Below are positions 47,116 through 56,810 of a stretch of DNA of 64,000 nt, piece after piece; the stretch's first letter is position 1; each line of letters begins with the position of its first letter. The notes beneath the pieces are model-generated. The model did not search any database and was not told the DNA's origin. It saw nothing but the letters and a program-made list of their open reading frames with translations. Source of the stretch: Gemmatimonadota bacterium (GTDB taxonomy: Bacteria; Gemmatimonadota; Gemmatimonadetes; Gemmatimonadales; GWC2-71-9); contig JBDHIS010000001.1 of assembly GCA_039587315.1 (NCBI GenBank), positions 39-64,038 of the forward strand, given 5' to 3'. The translations under genes were made by a program, and so were the position numbers.

Positions 47116-47943
47116 TCACTCCAGCGCGGCCTCGAGCGCCTCGCGCTGCTCGCGTGTCAGGTTCGCCAGCCGCAGCGCGGCACGCGCGAGTTCCCTGTAC
47201 AGCTCTGCGGCTTCCGCGGGGAGCGACTCCAGGTGTCGTTTGATCGTGTCCAGGTCGGCGCGCACAATGGGCCCGGTGAGTGCGCGCTCGGGTCCGGCGC
47301 TCAGAGCGTTCTCCAGTGAGACCCTCATCAGCGGCCCAAGCGCCTCACGCGCCTCGGTGGCGCTGAGGCCGGCCTTCTCCAGCAGGCCTTCAGCTACTCC
47401 TTCGAGCGTTACGAGGTAGTTGGATGCGAACACCGCCGCCGCGTGGTAGAGCGCCTTCTTGTCCGCGGCTATCGGCACGGGCGTGAGCCCGATCGAGCGC
47501 GCGAGCTCGGCGGCCGCAGTCACCGCCTCTTGGCCTCCGCTTACACCGGCGACTGCTCCGCGCAGGCGCTCCGCTGCGTCGGTCGGAGCCGCAAGCGTCT
47601 GGAATGGGTGCAGCGACCCGAGCGCCGCCCCGCTTTCCTTCAAGGGCTCGAGCGCGTCGTCGCCCAGAACGCCGGAGAGATGAAGCACCGTATGCGCGGA
47701 CCCGATCTCCCCGGCAGCGGCCAACACTGCGGCCACGGACGTTACGGCATCGTCAGGGACAGCGAGCAGGATGACTTCCACCGTGGCGAGCCACGGCGGC
47801 GTATCACCCCAGGTGTAGGAGAAAGGGAGCGACAGCTCGTGCTGTCGTCGGCCGTGCAGAGAGACGGCGTGACCGGCATGGGAGAGCGCGAGGCCGAGCG
47901 CGACCCCGGCGCGGCCCGACCCCACGATCCCGACGGAGGTCAC
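47116..47943 (-). CDS. Rossmann-fold NAD(P)-binding protein with DUF2520-like C-terminal domain
   Basis: GTG 47943 overlaps the upstream TGA (GTGA). VGIVGSGRAGVALGLAL is a dinucleotide fold. KALYHAAAVFASNYLVTL and LTGPIVRADLDTIKRHL are DUF2520-like. The ORF-track extension to 48660 overlaps the peptidase gene and is rejected. Confidence 0.7.
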   Translation of the reverse strand: MTSVGIVGSGRAGVALGLALSHAGHAVSLHGRRQHELSLPFSYTWGDTPPWLATVEVILLAVPDDAVTSVAAVLAAAGEIGSAHTVLHLSGVLGDDALEPLKESGAALGSLHPFQTLAAPTDAAERLRGAVAGVSGGQEAVTAAAELARSIGLTPVPIAADKKALYHAAAVFASNYLVTLEGVAEGLLEKAGLSATEAREALGPLMRVSLENALSAGPERALTGPIVRADLDTIKRHLESLPAEAAELYRELARAALRLANLTREQREALEAALE

Positions 47944-49574
47944 GGAGTGCGGCTCACCTCCGTCTGGCTCTCGGCCAGCGCCAGGAGCTCGGGCACGCTG
48001 CGCGCCTCGCGCAGGAGCTCGAGCGCCCTCTGGACCTGTGAGTCGTCCTCGATGCGGCGGCGCGACTCCGACTCGCGTCCGAACACATAGCGCTGCACCT
48101 CGTAACCGAACTGCTGATCCACCAACAGCTGTGCGCCGCGGAACAACTCTTCGGGAATCTCCACCTCTCGCTCGCGCAGCCGACGGCGGAACTCCGCACG
48201 CATCGCATCGGTCACGCCGAACCTGGGGTCGGTGATCCCCCCTTCGGCCTTGAGCTCGAGCGCGTACGTCGTCATTACGTCGCGATACGCCGGCAACTGC
48301 GCGCCGAGTGCCCGCAGGAACTCCTGCTCCACCGTGGTCAGCGTATCGGGCGACACCACAAGGTCCGGCCTGATGCCGCCGCCGCCGATCAGCACGCGGC
48401 CGCCGTCGGAGAAGTACATCTGGCTGGAATCGACCGTTGCCACTTCGACCGCATCCGTGGAGTCCGCCACTTCTCCGGCCATGAGTGCGGCGGCCGCGGT
48501 GCGGTCGCGTACGCGTTGGATGGTCCGCCCACTCGGTGTGAACCACCGCGCCGTCGTGAGGCGCAACGCCTGCAACTCGCCCAGCCGGAAAACGGTCTGC
48601 ACCAAACCCTTGCCGTAGGTCGGCGTGCCTATGATCAGAGCCCGGTCGTGATCCTGCCACGCGCCCGCAATGATCTCGGAAGCGCTTGCCGTGCCTCCGT
48701 CCACCAGCACCACGACGGGCAAGTCGGGCCAGCGCTGGCCGCGGCGGGCCTCGTAGAGGTCCGACATGCCGCGCGCCCTGCCGCGAGTGGAGACCACGTC
48801 CTGGCCCGGATCGAGGAACAGGTCGGATACGTCCACGCCCGCGTCGAGCAGGCCGCCCGGGTTGCGCCTGAGGTCCACGACCAACGCCGTGGCTCCCTCT
48901 TCCGTGAGGCGCTCGACCTCCGCCTCGAGCTCTCCGGCCAGGCTCTCGCCGATGCTAGACTGCACCAGCGAGATGTACCCGACGTTCCCGTCGAGTACGG
49001 TCGCGAGCTGGATCGCGTTGATGTGGATGGTCGCACGCTCGACGGTGAACTCGATCGCCTCGGTGAAGCCCGGACGGGCCACGTTGAGACGCACCTCCGT
49101 TCCCGGAGGTCCCCTCAACTCATCCACCGCCTGGTCCGACTTCCAGCCGAACGTCGACTCGCCGTCTACGGCTATGATGCGATCTCCGGTCTCGAGCCCC
49201 GCTTCCTCCGCGGGCGTCCCGACGATCGGCGCGATCACCGTTATCCAGCCGTCGCGCACGTCGATGCGGATGCCCAGCCCACCGTAGTTGCCGGTCGTGC
49301 TCTCGGTAAGCTGCTCGAAGTCCTCGCGCCTCAGGAACCGGGCGTACGGATCGTCCAGCTGCTCCAGGAGGCCGTCGATGGCCAGGTCGTAGAGCTCACT
49401 CGCCCCGAGCGAGTCCACGTAGTAGTCGGCAACGTAGCCGAGCACGTCGTCGAACAGGCGGGCCTGTTGGTAGACGTTCCCCGCCCGCGAGGTGCCTCGC
49501 TGGAGGAGCCAGCCGCCGGACAGGAACGAGACGAACCCGACCAGCGCGAGCAACAGGACGCGTTGACCCTTCAT
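47940..49574 (-). CDS. carboxy-terminal processing peptidase (S41 family) with PDZ domain
   Basis: N-terminal anchor LLLALVGFVSFLSGGW. PDZ GLETGDRIIAVDG. Catalytic context LVDGGTASASEIIAGAWQDH...TYGKGLVQ. Confidence 0.9.
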   Translation of the reverse strand: MKGQRVLLLALVGFVSFLSGGWLLQRGTSRAGNVYQQARLFDDVLGYVADYYVDSLGASELYDLAIDGLLEQLDDPYARFLRREDFEQLTESTTGNYGGLGIRIDVRDGWITVIAPIVGTPAEEAGLETGDRIIAVDGESTFGWKSDQAVDELRGPPGTEVRLNVARPGFTEAIEFTVERATIHINAIQLATVLDGNVGYISLVQSSIGESLAGELEAEVERLTEEGATALVVDLRRNPGGLLDAGVDVSDLFLDPGQDVVSTRGRARGMSDLYEARRGQRWPDLPVVVLVDGGTASASEIIAGAWQDHDRALIIGTPTYGKGLVQTVFRLGELQALRLTTARWFTPSGRTIQRVRDRTAAAALMAGEVADSTDAVEVATVDSSQMYFSDGGRVLIGGGGIRPDLVVSPDTLTTVEQEFLRALGAQLPAYRDVMTTYALELKAEGGITDPRFGVTDAMRAEFRRRLREREVEIPEELFRGAQLLVDQQFGYEVQRYVFGRESESRRRIEDDSQVQRALELLREARSVPELLALAESQTEVSRTP

Positions 49575-49630
49575 TCATGACCTCCGAATGATCGCACTCT
49601 ATACCCCGTCCACTTCAACCCGCTTCCCAC

Positions 49631-50254
49631 CTACTGTGTTCCGTCCAGCCGGCCGCTGAGAACCTCCCAGGCATCGGCCTCCAGACGTTGCGCCGACACC
49701 GTGGCATCCAGGTGCACCACGCCGGGGCCGCGCGCCTCCATGAAGGCCCGCGCGACGCGGTCGTGGAGCGCCTCGTCCTCCCGCTCCATGCGGTCGGGGC
49801 TCTTGCCCTGAGCGGCCTGCCGCTCGCGGCCGACCTCCCGGGGGATGTCCAGGACTAGCGTCAGATCGGGCGCGAGCCCGCCGGTGGCCAGCCTGTTCGC
49901 CGCGAGGACCTCCTCGCGGGGGAGACCCCGTCCCGCAATCTGGTACGCCTCAGTGGACAGGTCGAACCGGTCGCTCAGCACGACCCAGCCCCCCTCGTCC
50001 AGGTGAGGCCTGATCACCTGGTCCACCAACTCCGCCCGGGCCGTCAGGATCAGGAACAGCTCCGCGGCGGAGCTCCACTGCTTGTCCGGATCCAGCACCA
50101 GCTCGCGGGCCGCCTCGGCAGTCTCCGTGCCGCCGGGCTCCCTGACCTCGAGCACCTGATGTCCGGCGTCCCGAAGCCGCTCGGCCAGGCCCTTCACCAG
50201 GGTGCTCTTCCCCGCCCCCTCGGGGCCTTCCACGACTACGAACAGGCCCGGCAC
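49631..50254 (-). CDS. tmk: dTMP (thymidylate) kinase
   Basis: FVVVEGPEGAGKSTL, REPGGT and DRF motifs. Confidence 0.9.
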   Translation of the reverse strand: MPGLFVVVEGPEGAGKSTLVKGLAERLRDAGHQVLEVREPGGTETAEAARELVLDPDKQWSSAAELFLILTARAELVDQVIRPHLDEGGWVVLSDRFDLSTEAYQIAGRGLPREEVLAANRLATGGLAPDLTLVLDIPREVGRERQAAQGKSPDRMEREDEALHDRVARAFMEARGPGVVHLDATVSAQRLEADAWEVLSGRLDGTQ

Positions 50255-50266
50255 GGTTGGCTCTCG

Positions 50267-50620
50267 TCAGCTCAGCGTGATGATCGGGCTCTCGGCGCCC
50301 TTGCGCATCCCCTCCAGAATCTGGTCCTGGACGCGCAGCATCAGCTTGTCGAAGTTCGATTGGGCCGCGACCATGCTCTGGTACGCGCCGTCGCCCTGGA
50401 CCTCACCGAGGAGCTTGTTGTACTCATCGGCCTCGGCCTGCTCCGGCTCCTGGCCCTGCGCCACCTTCTGCTCCAGGCCCTCCGCGATCTTCTGCAGCTG
50501 CTCCAGCTTGCCGTTCAGCTCCTTCTCACCCGCTATGGCTTCCCGGGCCCGGGCCAGCGCCTTGTACTCGTCGCTCTGTCCGATCAGCCGCCCCAGGTCC
50601 ACTGCCTTTTCCTGAATCAC
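50267..50620 (-). CDS. YlbF/YmcA-family regulatory protein-like
   Basis: GTG 50620 overlaps the prmC TGA. AVDLGRLIGQSDEYKALARAREAI...YNKLLGEVQGDGAYQSMVAAQSNFDKLMLRV matches the YlbF-like helical pattern. Confidence 0.55.
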   Translation of the reverse strand: MIQEKAVDLGRLIGQSDEYKALARAREAIAGEKELNGKLEQLQKIAEGLEQKVAQGQEPEQAEADEYNKLLGEVQGDGAYQSMVAAQSNFDKLMLRVQDQILEGMRKGAESPIITLS

Positions 50621-51537
50621 CGCTCCAGCTCCTTCGTTGTGAGTAGGTACCGCAGCCGCCCGAAGACGTCGGGCTCCAGCCGTACGTCGCGCCATCCGGC
50701 CCTACGTGCCAGCGTCGCCGCCGCCTCCGCCCTGGTGCAATCTACCTCCAGCGCCAACAGGCCGTGCGTGGCCAAATGGGGCCCTGCCCCCTCCAGCAGC
50801 CTCCGGATATGCTCCAGCCCTTCCTCGCCGCTCACCAGCGCCCCGCGCGGCTCGTGGCAGCGCACCCCGACCTCCAGCTTCTCGAACTCGCCGGCGGTCA
50901 CGTAGGGGGGGTTGGAGACAATCACGTCGAACACCTCTCCCGCGACTGGCTCCAGCAGCGATCCGTGGCGCAGCTCGACCGGTCGCGGCGGGGCGACCCG
51001 CTCGGCGTTCCCGCGGGCCAGCGCCAACGCATCTTCCGAGGCGTCGGCGGCCACCACGCGGCCGAATCGGCCCTCCACGGCCAGCGACAAGGCGATGCAG
51101 CCCGTCCCCGTGCCCACATCGAGGGCCGCCCCCCAGGCCTCCGGATCCCGGCGGCGGCCCCACTCCAGGACGTGTTCCACCAGGCCTTCGGTCTCCGGGC
51201 GCGGGATCAGGGCCCTCGGATCTATCTCCAGCTCCAGGGTCCGGAATCCCGCCCGGCCCGTGACGTAGGCGGCCGGCTCGCCACCGGCCCAGCGCACCAC
51301 GGCGTCCAGGAAGCGCTCCCGCAGCTCAGGATCGGCACCATCGTCCCGCCCGAGCCACACCTCTCCCAGGGTCCGGCCGGTGAGCCGCGCCCAGAGCCTG
51401 GCCGACTCGTCAGCCGCGTCGGGCACCCCCTGCGCCTCGAGCCGCAGTGCTCCCTCGCGCAGCACTTCGGACACCGCCGTCACGGGCACGGGATCAGCCC
51501 TCAAAGCGCTCACCCCGCTGCGCCACCGCCAGGGCAT
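50617..51537 (-). CDS. prmC: release factor glutamine N5-methyltransferase
   Basis: [15 protein letters not shown] is the SAM motif, and VSNPPYV is the NPPY motif. The start is ambiguous: ATG 51537 overlaps prfA by 44 nt, and GTG 51513, TTG 51504 and GTG 51489 are in frame. Confidence 0.85.
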   Translation of the reverse strand: MPWRWRSGVSALRADPVPVTAVSEVLREGALRLEAQGVPDAADESARLWARLTGRTLGEVWLGRDDGADPELRERFLDAVVRWAGGEPAAYVTGRAGFRTLELEIDPRALIPRPETEGLVEHVLEWGRRRDPEAWGAALDVGTGTGCIALSLAVEGRFGRVVAADASEDALALARGNAERVAPPRPVELRHGSLLEPVAGEVFDVIVSNPPYVTAGEFEKLEVGVRCHEPRGALVSGEEGLEHIRRLLEGAGPHLATHGLLALEVDCTRAEAAATLARRAGWRDVRLEPDVFGRLRYLLTTKELER

Positions 51538-52552
51538 CCACGAACTCGTCGAGCTCCCCTTCGAGTGTCTCGTCCAGCCTGTGCACGGTGAGGTTGATCC
51601 GGTGGTCGGTCACACGGTTCTGGGGGAAGTTGTAAGTGCGGATCTTGGCGGAGCGGTCTCCCGTCCCCACCATGGCGCGCCTTTCCCTGGAGCGCTCCGA
51701 CTCCTGCTCGGCGACCATCCGGTCCAGCAGCCGCGCCCGGAGCACCTCCATCGCCTTCACCTTGTTCTGGAGTTGGGATTTCTGGTCCTGGCACTGCACC
51801 ACAAGGCCGGTCGGTAGGTGGGTTATCCGGACCGCGCTGTCGGTAGTGTTGACGCTCTGCCCGCCCGGACCCGAGGAGCGGAAGACGTCGATCTTGAGGT
51901 CCTTCTCCTCGATGGCGACGTCCACGTCCTCCGCCTCCGGCAGCACGGCCACCGTGGCAGCCGAGGTGTGGATCCGCCCCTGCGCCTCGGTGCTGGGGAC
52001 GCGCTGCACCCGGTGGACGCCGGACTCGTAGCGGAGCCGGCCGTAGGCGTTGCCGCCCCGGACGTTGAAGATCGCTTCCTTCACGCCGCCCACGTTCCCC
52101 TCCGAGAAGCTCACCATCTCGATGGTCCAGCCGCGGCGCTCCGCGTAGCGCGTGTACATGCGCAGCAGGTCGGCGGCGAACAGGGCCGCCTCGTCGCCAC
52201 CCGTACCGGCACGGATCTCAACGATGGTGTCCCGGTCATCTAGCGGATCGGGGGGAACGAGCAGCTCCTGGAGCTCGGCCTCGACGGCCTCGAACCGGGG
52301 CGTGAGCTCATCCACGTCGGCCTGAGCGAGCTCCGCCAGCGCGGGATCGGAGTCCCGCGCCAGCTCATGAGCCTGCTCCAACTCACTCCGCAGCTTGTCG
52401 AATTGAGCGGCGACCTTACGGATGCGCTCCAGCCGGGAGTACTCCCGGCCGAGGGCCTTCAGTCTGGCGGGGTCCTTGGCGGTGGCCGGTTCGGCCAGCT
52501 CGCGCTCGACTTCGGCCGCGCGAGCAAGCGCGGCCTCGAGCCGCGCTTCCAT
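51494..52552 (-). CDS. prfA: peptide chain release factor 1
   Basis: PST-type region [13 protein letters not shown] (RF1 PxT) and the GGQ motif [23 protein letters not shown]. Confidence 0.95.
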   Translation of the reverse strand: MEARLEAALARAAEVERELAEPATAKDPARLKALGREYSRLERIRKVAAQFDKLRSELEQAHELARDSDPALAELAQADVDELTPRFEAVEAELQELLVPPDPLDDRDTIVEIRAGTGGDEAALFAADLLRMYTRYAERRGWTIEMVSFSEGNVGGVKEAIFNVRGGNAYGRLRYESGVHRVQRVPSTEAQGRIHTSAATVAVLPEAEDVDVAIEEKDLKIDVFRSSGPGGQSVNTTDSAVRITHLPTGLVVQCQDQKSQLQNKVKAMEVLRARLLDRMVAEQESERSRERRAMVGTGDRSAKIRTYNFPQNRVTDHRINLTVHRLDETLEGELDEFVDALAVAQRGERFEG

Positions 52553-52558
52553 GATGGC

Positions 52559-52777
52559 TTACTCCGCGCTCGTCTTTGCGCTACTGGAGTAGCGCTGCCG
52601 GAATCTCTCCACGCGGCCCGCCGTGTCCACCAGCTTCTGCTTGCCGGTGAAGAACGGATGGCAACGTGCACAGATTTCCACGTGGATCGAGGGCAGGGTG
52701 GAGCGCGTCTCGAACGTGTTGCCGCAGGCGCACTGCACCACCGCGCGCTGATACGTGGGATGAATGTCCGCTTTCAC
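52559..52777 (-). CDS. rpmE: 50S ribosomal protein L31 (Cys-containing, zinc-ribbon form)
   Basis: GTG 52777 is preceded by GGAG. (M)[21 protein letters not shown]...[13 protein letters not shown]. Confidence 0.9.
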   Translation of the reverse strand: MKADIHPTYQRAVVQCACGNTFETRSTLPSIHVEICARCHPFFTGKQKLVDTAGRVERFRQRYSSSAKTSAE

Positions 52778-52827
52778 TACATACACTCCGTTACAGCTAC
52801 TGGAAACGTCTGGGCCAAAGAGGCGGA

Positions 52828-52857
52828 AATATAACGGCGGCACGGACTTGGGGGCAA
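52828..52857 (-). promoter_or_regulatory. candidate sigma70-type promoter for the rpmE-prfA operon
   Basis: The minus strand reads TTGCCC-N17-TTATAT. The -35 is the complement of 52852-57 and the -10 is the complement of 52829-34, about 50 nt upstream of the rpmE start. Confidence 0.4.
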
Positions 52858-52877
52858 GCGACCGGTTTCTGGGCGAA

Positions 52878-52906
52878 TTGACAGGGGGCCGGCCGGCGCA
52901 TAATCT
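52878..52906 (+). promoter_or_regulatory. candidate sigma70-type promoter for the crp-family gene
   Basis: A perfect TTGACA lies at 52878-83. It is followed by N15-CATAAT or N17-TAATCT, ending about 11 nt before ATG 52917. Confidence 0.45.
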
Positions 52907-52916
52907 AGGCCTGTCT

Positions 52917-53612
52917 ATGGCCGACCAAACCCCCGCGGGTCCTTCGCCCGCCGTTCAGCGCCTGCGCAGCATCCCCCTCTTCACACAGTTGACCGATGAA
53001 GAGGTGGCGCATGTGAGCGAGGCGGCACGGGAGCGCCTCTATCCCAAGGGCAGCGTCATCCTCTTCGAAGACGACCCGGGAGACGCGCTTTACGTCGTGC
53101 TCACGGGCGAGGTCAAGGTGGTCCTGATCGGCGAAGACGGGCGAGAGGTGATCCTCTCGATTCTACGCACCGGAGATTTCTTCGGCGAGATGTCGCTGAT
53201 CGACGATCAGCCGCGCTCGGCGCACGTGATCGCCACCGAGGACTCCAACCTTTTCGTGCTCCGCCGCGACGAGTTCCGTGACTGCCTCGAGCAGACGCCG
53301 CGCATCGCCGTGGGCCTGTTGCAGGCCCTTTCCCGCAGGCTGCGCAGGGCGGACGACAAGATCGGTGGACTCGTCCTGTTGGACGTGACCGGCCGCGTGT
53401 CACGCGTGCTGCTCGAGCTGGCCGACGAGCACGACGGGGAGCACGTACCGCGGAAGATCACTCACCACATGATCGCGCAGATGATCGGCTCCAGCAGGGA
53501 GACGGTCTCCCGGACCATCAGGGAGCTCGGCGACCAGGGCCTCATCAAGGTGTCCCGCAAGGACATAGAGATCCTCGACCGTCCCCGCCTGGAGGACCTG
53601 GCGGGGCTCTAG
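52917..53612 (+). CDS. Crp/Fnr-family cyclic-nucleotide-binding transcriptional regulator
   Basis: The cNMP-binding motif is [19 protein letters not shown]. The [29 protein letters not shown] has RE...R recognition residues as in E. coli CRP. Confidence 0.85.
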   Translation: MADQTPAGPSPAVQRLRSIPLFTQLTDEEVAHVSEAARERLYPKGSVILFEDDPGDALYVVLTGEVKVVLIGEDGREVILSILRTGDFFGEMSLIDDQPRSAHVIATEDSNLFVLRRDEFRDCLEQTPRIAVGLLQALSRRLRRADDKIGGLVLLDVTGRVSRVLLELADEHDGEHVPRKITHHMIAQMIGSSRETVSRTIRELGDQGLIKVSRKDIEILDRPRLEDLAGL

Positions 53613-53625
53613 TGAGCCATGTCAC
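53612..53625. promoter_or_regulatory. CRP-type palindrome GTGA-N6-TCAC
   Basis: GTGAGCCATGTCAC lies immediately after the crp-family stop and about 80 nt upstream of the MBL hydrolase start. The half-sites match the core of TGTGA-N6-TCACA. Confidence 0.4.
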
Positions 53626-53704
53626 CCAGACCGCGTGACCCCCCGCCTTGCATGGGTTTGAGCGGCGCCCGTACGTTGCCGGGCATGGCGGCTAAGTCGG
53701 GCGG

Positions 53705-54580
53705 GTGACGTACTCTGTAACCATTTGGGGGGCACGGGGATCGATCCCCACGCCCGGCGCGCTGACCACACGGTACGGCGGCAACACCTCGTGCGTGTCC
53801 GTCGAGCATCTGGGTGCCGGCGGCGGCCGCCTGGTCGTGCTGGATGCCGGCACCGGCATACGGCTGCTCGGACGGGAGCTCGTGGAGAGAGGCAACGGGA
53901 CGCTGGAAGTGGACCTGTTGCTGACCCACACGCACTGGGACCACATTCAGGGAATCCCTTTCTTCGCGCCGTTTGCCAGCGAGGGGACCGAAGTACGGGT
54001 GTGGGGGTCCAAGCAGGGGGACGTGGACCTGGACGCCATTCTGCGGCAGCAGATGCACCCCGTGGTGTTCCCGGTCCCGCTCGACCAGCTACCGGCTGAG
54101 TTGAGCGTGGAGCACGTGGGCCCCGGGGAATTCGATATCGACGGTTTCATCGTCGAGGCGATGCGTCTCAGGCACCCGGGCAACACATTGGGCTACCGGC
54201 TGACCCCGACCGACGGGGGAGCCAGTATGGCATACGTCACGGACAACGAGTTGGGCCCGGGAGGGGACTACGGAGTGGGACCGGAGTGGCGGTCCGAGCT
54301 CGTCGATTTCCTGGACGGGGTGGACGTCCTGATTCACGACGCGATGTACACCCCCGACGAACTGGAGCGGCACAGGGGATGGGGACACTCCTCCTCCTCG
54401 GAGGCGCTCGAGCTCGCCAGGGAGGCGGGTGCCGGACAGCTCGTGCTGCACCACCACCGTCCCGAGCACGACGACGCAGCCATGGATAGCCTGGTCGAGG
54501 CGGTCCGTGCCGAGGCGGAAGAAGCAGGCGGGGCGGTCGAGGTGATGGCGGCAACCGAAGGAATGCAACTGATCCTCTGA
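53705..54580 (+). CDS. MBL-fold metallo-hydrolase
   Basis: VTIWGARGSIPTPG...GGNTSCV...LLLTHTHWDHIQGIPFF (HxHxDH)...HPGNTLGYR...GWGHSS. Confidence 0.8.
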   Translation: MTYSVTIWGARGSIPTPGALTTRYGGNTSCVSVEHLGAGGGRLVVLDAGTGIRLLGRELVERGNGTLEVDLLLTHTHWDHIQGIPFFAPFASEGTEVRVWGSKQGDVDLDAILRQQMHPVVFPVPLDQLPAELSVEHVGPGEFDIDGFIVEAMRLRHPGNTLGYRLTPTDGGASMAYVTDNELGPGGDYGVGPEWRSELVDFLDGVDVLIHDAMYTPDELERHRGWGHSSSSEALELAREAGAGQLVLHHHRPEHDDAAMDSLVEAVRAEAEEAGGAVEVMAATEGMQLIL

Positions 54581-54596
54581 GGTGGAGGAGATTACT

Positions 54597-55298
54597 ATGC
54601 GCTGGCATCCAGCATTCGCCCTGGCTCTAGCCGCCGGGCTCGTCGTACCCCAGGTCGCGTCCGCTCAGGACACCCGGCCTGGAGTCGCTGTCATGCCCTT
54701 CTCAGACGGCGGCTCCTACGGTCAGGACAAGGAAGACTTCGAGGCCCTGTCCATCGGCCTCCAGGACATGATGCTCACCGAACTCGCGTTCAACGACCAA
54801 CTTCGCGTGGTGGAGCGCGCCCGCATTCGCAGCCTGCTCGAAGAGCTGGACTTGGGCGAGTCGGGCAAGGTGGATGCGAACTCCGCCGCCGAAGTGGGCA
54901 AGCTGGTGGGCGCTCGCTACATGATCTTCGGCAGCTTCATCGACTGGTACGGCGACTTTCGCCTCAACGTGCGCGTGGTGAACGTCGAGACCGGCGAGAT
55001 AGTCAAAGTCGACCGGGCACGCGACGAGCGCGAGAACCTGTTCCCGATGGTGGTTGATCTGGCCAACAGCCTGACGACCGATCTCGACCTGCCTGCCCTG
55101 TCACGGCAGGCGTACGAGCAGCGCCGGGAGCGCTCGGAGGAGATCCCGCAGGAGGCACTGCGGCTGTACAGCAAGGCCCTGCTCTATGCCGATCGTGGCG
55201 ACACGGATCGGGCCATCGAGCTGTTCAATCAAGTCACCACGGAGTTCCCGCAGTACACCGAGGCACAAGAGGCCTTGAGACAACTGCAGCAGGGGTAG
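54597..55298 (+). CDS. periplasmic CsgG/LpoB-like fold protein with C-terminal TPR-like helix pair
   Basis: GGAGGAG lies 6 nt before ATG 54597. Signal peptide MRWHPAFALALAAGLVVPQVASAQ. GVAVMPFSD...LTELAFNDQLRVVERARIRSLLEELDLG...ARYMIFGSF is CsgG-family-like. The C-terminus is ALRLYSKALLYADRGDTDRAIELFNQV. Confidence 0.55.
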   Translation: MRWHPAFALALAAGLVVPQVASAQDTRPGVAVMPFSDGGSYGQDKEDFEALSIGLQDMMLTELAFNDQLRVVERARIRSLLEELDLGESGKVDANSAAEVGKLVGARYMIFGSFIDWYGDFRLNVRVVNVETGEIVKVDRARDERENLFPMVVDLANSLTTDLDLPALSRQAYEQRRERSEEIPQEALRLYSKALLYADRGDTDRAIELFNQVTTEFPQYTEAQEALRQLQQG

Positions 55299-55310
55299 TA
55301 ACATAGGCGC

Positions 55311-56093
55311 GTGATTGCGCCAGTAGCGAAACTCGGACAGGGAGTAGCGCGCTCGATCGCCTGGCTTGGGGCTCTTGCGCGCTTCTTCTTTGAGACGCTG
55401 GTGGCGGCCCGTTGGCTCCCGCGGGCCGGCCGCCGAGTGGCGTTTCGCGTGCTGCTGAAGCAGGTGTGGTTCACCGCGCTCCAGGCGCTCCCCATCATCA
55501 TCGTGCTGTCGTCCATTTTGAGCTTCCTGGTCATATCCCAGGCAACGCGGGAATTGGGGCGCCTCGGCGCCACCGAGCTGTTGGGGCGCCTGATGGTGGT
55601 GGCGATAGTACGGGAGCTGGGACCGCTCATCACCGCACTGGCGGTGGCGGGGCGTTCGGGCACGGCCATAGCGGCGGAGCTCGCCACGAACAAGGTGATG
55701 GGCGAAGTAAACGCGCTGGAGGGCATGGGCATCGATCCGCTGCACTACCACGTGCTACCGCGCTTCGGTGCCGTGATCCTGTCGGTGCTCGGCCTCATCA
55801 TCGTGTTCGACATGACGGCCATCTTCTCGGGGATGGTCGCGGCCGGAGCCAACGGCATGACGGGTGAGCGCTACTTCGAGATCGTGCTGGCTTCCCTGAC
55901 CTTCCACGACGTCTGGCTCACGGTGGCGAAGGCGCTCGTGTTCGGTGTGATAGTGGGGACGATCCCCAGCTTCCACGGCCTCGCGGTGCACGGCTCGCCC
56001 ACCGAAATCCCCGTCGCTGCGAGTCAGGCCGCGGTCGGGAGTATCCTCGCGATCTTTCTCTGTTCGGGACTCTTCGTCCTGCTGCTGGTATGA
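55311..56093 (+). CDS. mlaE: MlaE-family ABC transporter permease
   Basis: VWFTALQALPIIIV..., RELGPLITALAVAGRSGTAIAAELATNKVMGEVNALEGMGIDP is the MlaE signature region. Confidence 0.85.
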   Translation: MIAPVAKLGQGVARSIAWLGALARFFFETLVAARWLPRAGRRVAFRVLLKQVWFTALQALPIIIVLSSILSFLVISQATRELGRLGATELLGRLMVVAIVRELGPLITALAVAGRSGTAIAAELATNKVMGEVNALEGMGIDPLHYHVLPRFGAVILSVLGLIIVFDMTAIFSGMVAAGANGMTGERYFEIVLASLTFHDVWLTVAKALVFGVIVGTIPSFHGLAVHGSPTEIPVAASQAAVGSILAIFLCSGLFVLLLV

Positions 56094-56758
56094 CCGAGCC
56101 ACTCCGCTTCGAGGGAATCGCCCTTCCGGGACACCGCTCTCCCGTCACTCTGGAAGTGCCGGAGCACAGGGCGATGCTCGTTCTGGGACCCGAAGCCAGC
56201 GGCGTGGACGCGCTGCCGGCGTACGCCCTGGCGCTCGATCGGCCGGTCACGGGACGCGTGCTGGTTTTCGGGGAGGACATCGCCCGTCTGCCGCGCCACA
56301 GCGCGCTCGCCTTCCGCCGAAAGGTGGGCTACCTTCCCGCCGGCGATGGCCTGATCCACAATCTCTCGCTGCAGGACAACGTTGCCCTGCCGCTGCGCTA
56401 CGGCAGCGACTTGTCGGAGCGGGAGATCACCGGGCGCGTCAGGATAATGCTGACGCTGCTGCGGATAGCCGACGCGGCCGCGCGGCGCCCGGCAGACGCC
56501 ACCGAGGAACAGCGCCGCCGCGCCGCACTGGCTCGAGCCCTGGCGTTCGACCCGGCGCTCGTGATCCTGGCAGACCCATTCGACGGGCTCACTCACCGCG
56601 CCGCGGCCGAAATGCTGGAGCTTGCGCGGGGCGGCGAAACCGGCGCAGGTTCGAGGCGCACGGTGTTCATGACGGGCCAGTCGGCCCCGCAGGCGCTGGA
56701 GCCCCGCATAGAGGTGCGCTACCGGCTCGTGAAGGGCGAGCTCCAGCGCTTGAGCTGA
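56090..56758 (+). CDS. MlaF-like ABC ATPase homolog with degenerate catalytic motifs
   Basis: ATGA overlap with mlaE. It aligns by eye to an ABC ATPase. Walker A is GPEASGVD (no Lys-Ser/Thr). The signature position reads ATEEQ, not LSGGQ. Walker B is VILADPFDG (no catalytic Glu). The H-loop position is MTGQ. Confidence 0.7.
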   Translation: MTEPLRFEGIALPGHRSPVTLEVPEHRAMLVLGPEASGVDALPAYALALDRPVTGRVLVFGEDIARLPRHSALAFRRKVGYLPAGDGLIHNLSLQDNVALPLRYGSDLSEREITGRVRIMLTLLRIADAAARRPADATEEQRRRAALARALAFDPALVILADPFDGLTHRAAAEMLELARGGETGAGSRRTVFMTGQSAPQALEPRIEVRYRLVKGELQRLS

Positions 56759-56810
56759 CACGGAGGCGCGTACGGGACGCACTGACTTCCTGGTTGGGCT
56801 GTTCATCCTC

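Noticed and set aside
51494-52552. Checked the release factor gene for the programmed +1 frameshift site.
   Set aside because: That feature belongs to prfB (RF2). This gene is RF1 (PxT-type motif, single uninterrupted frame).
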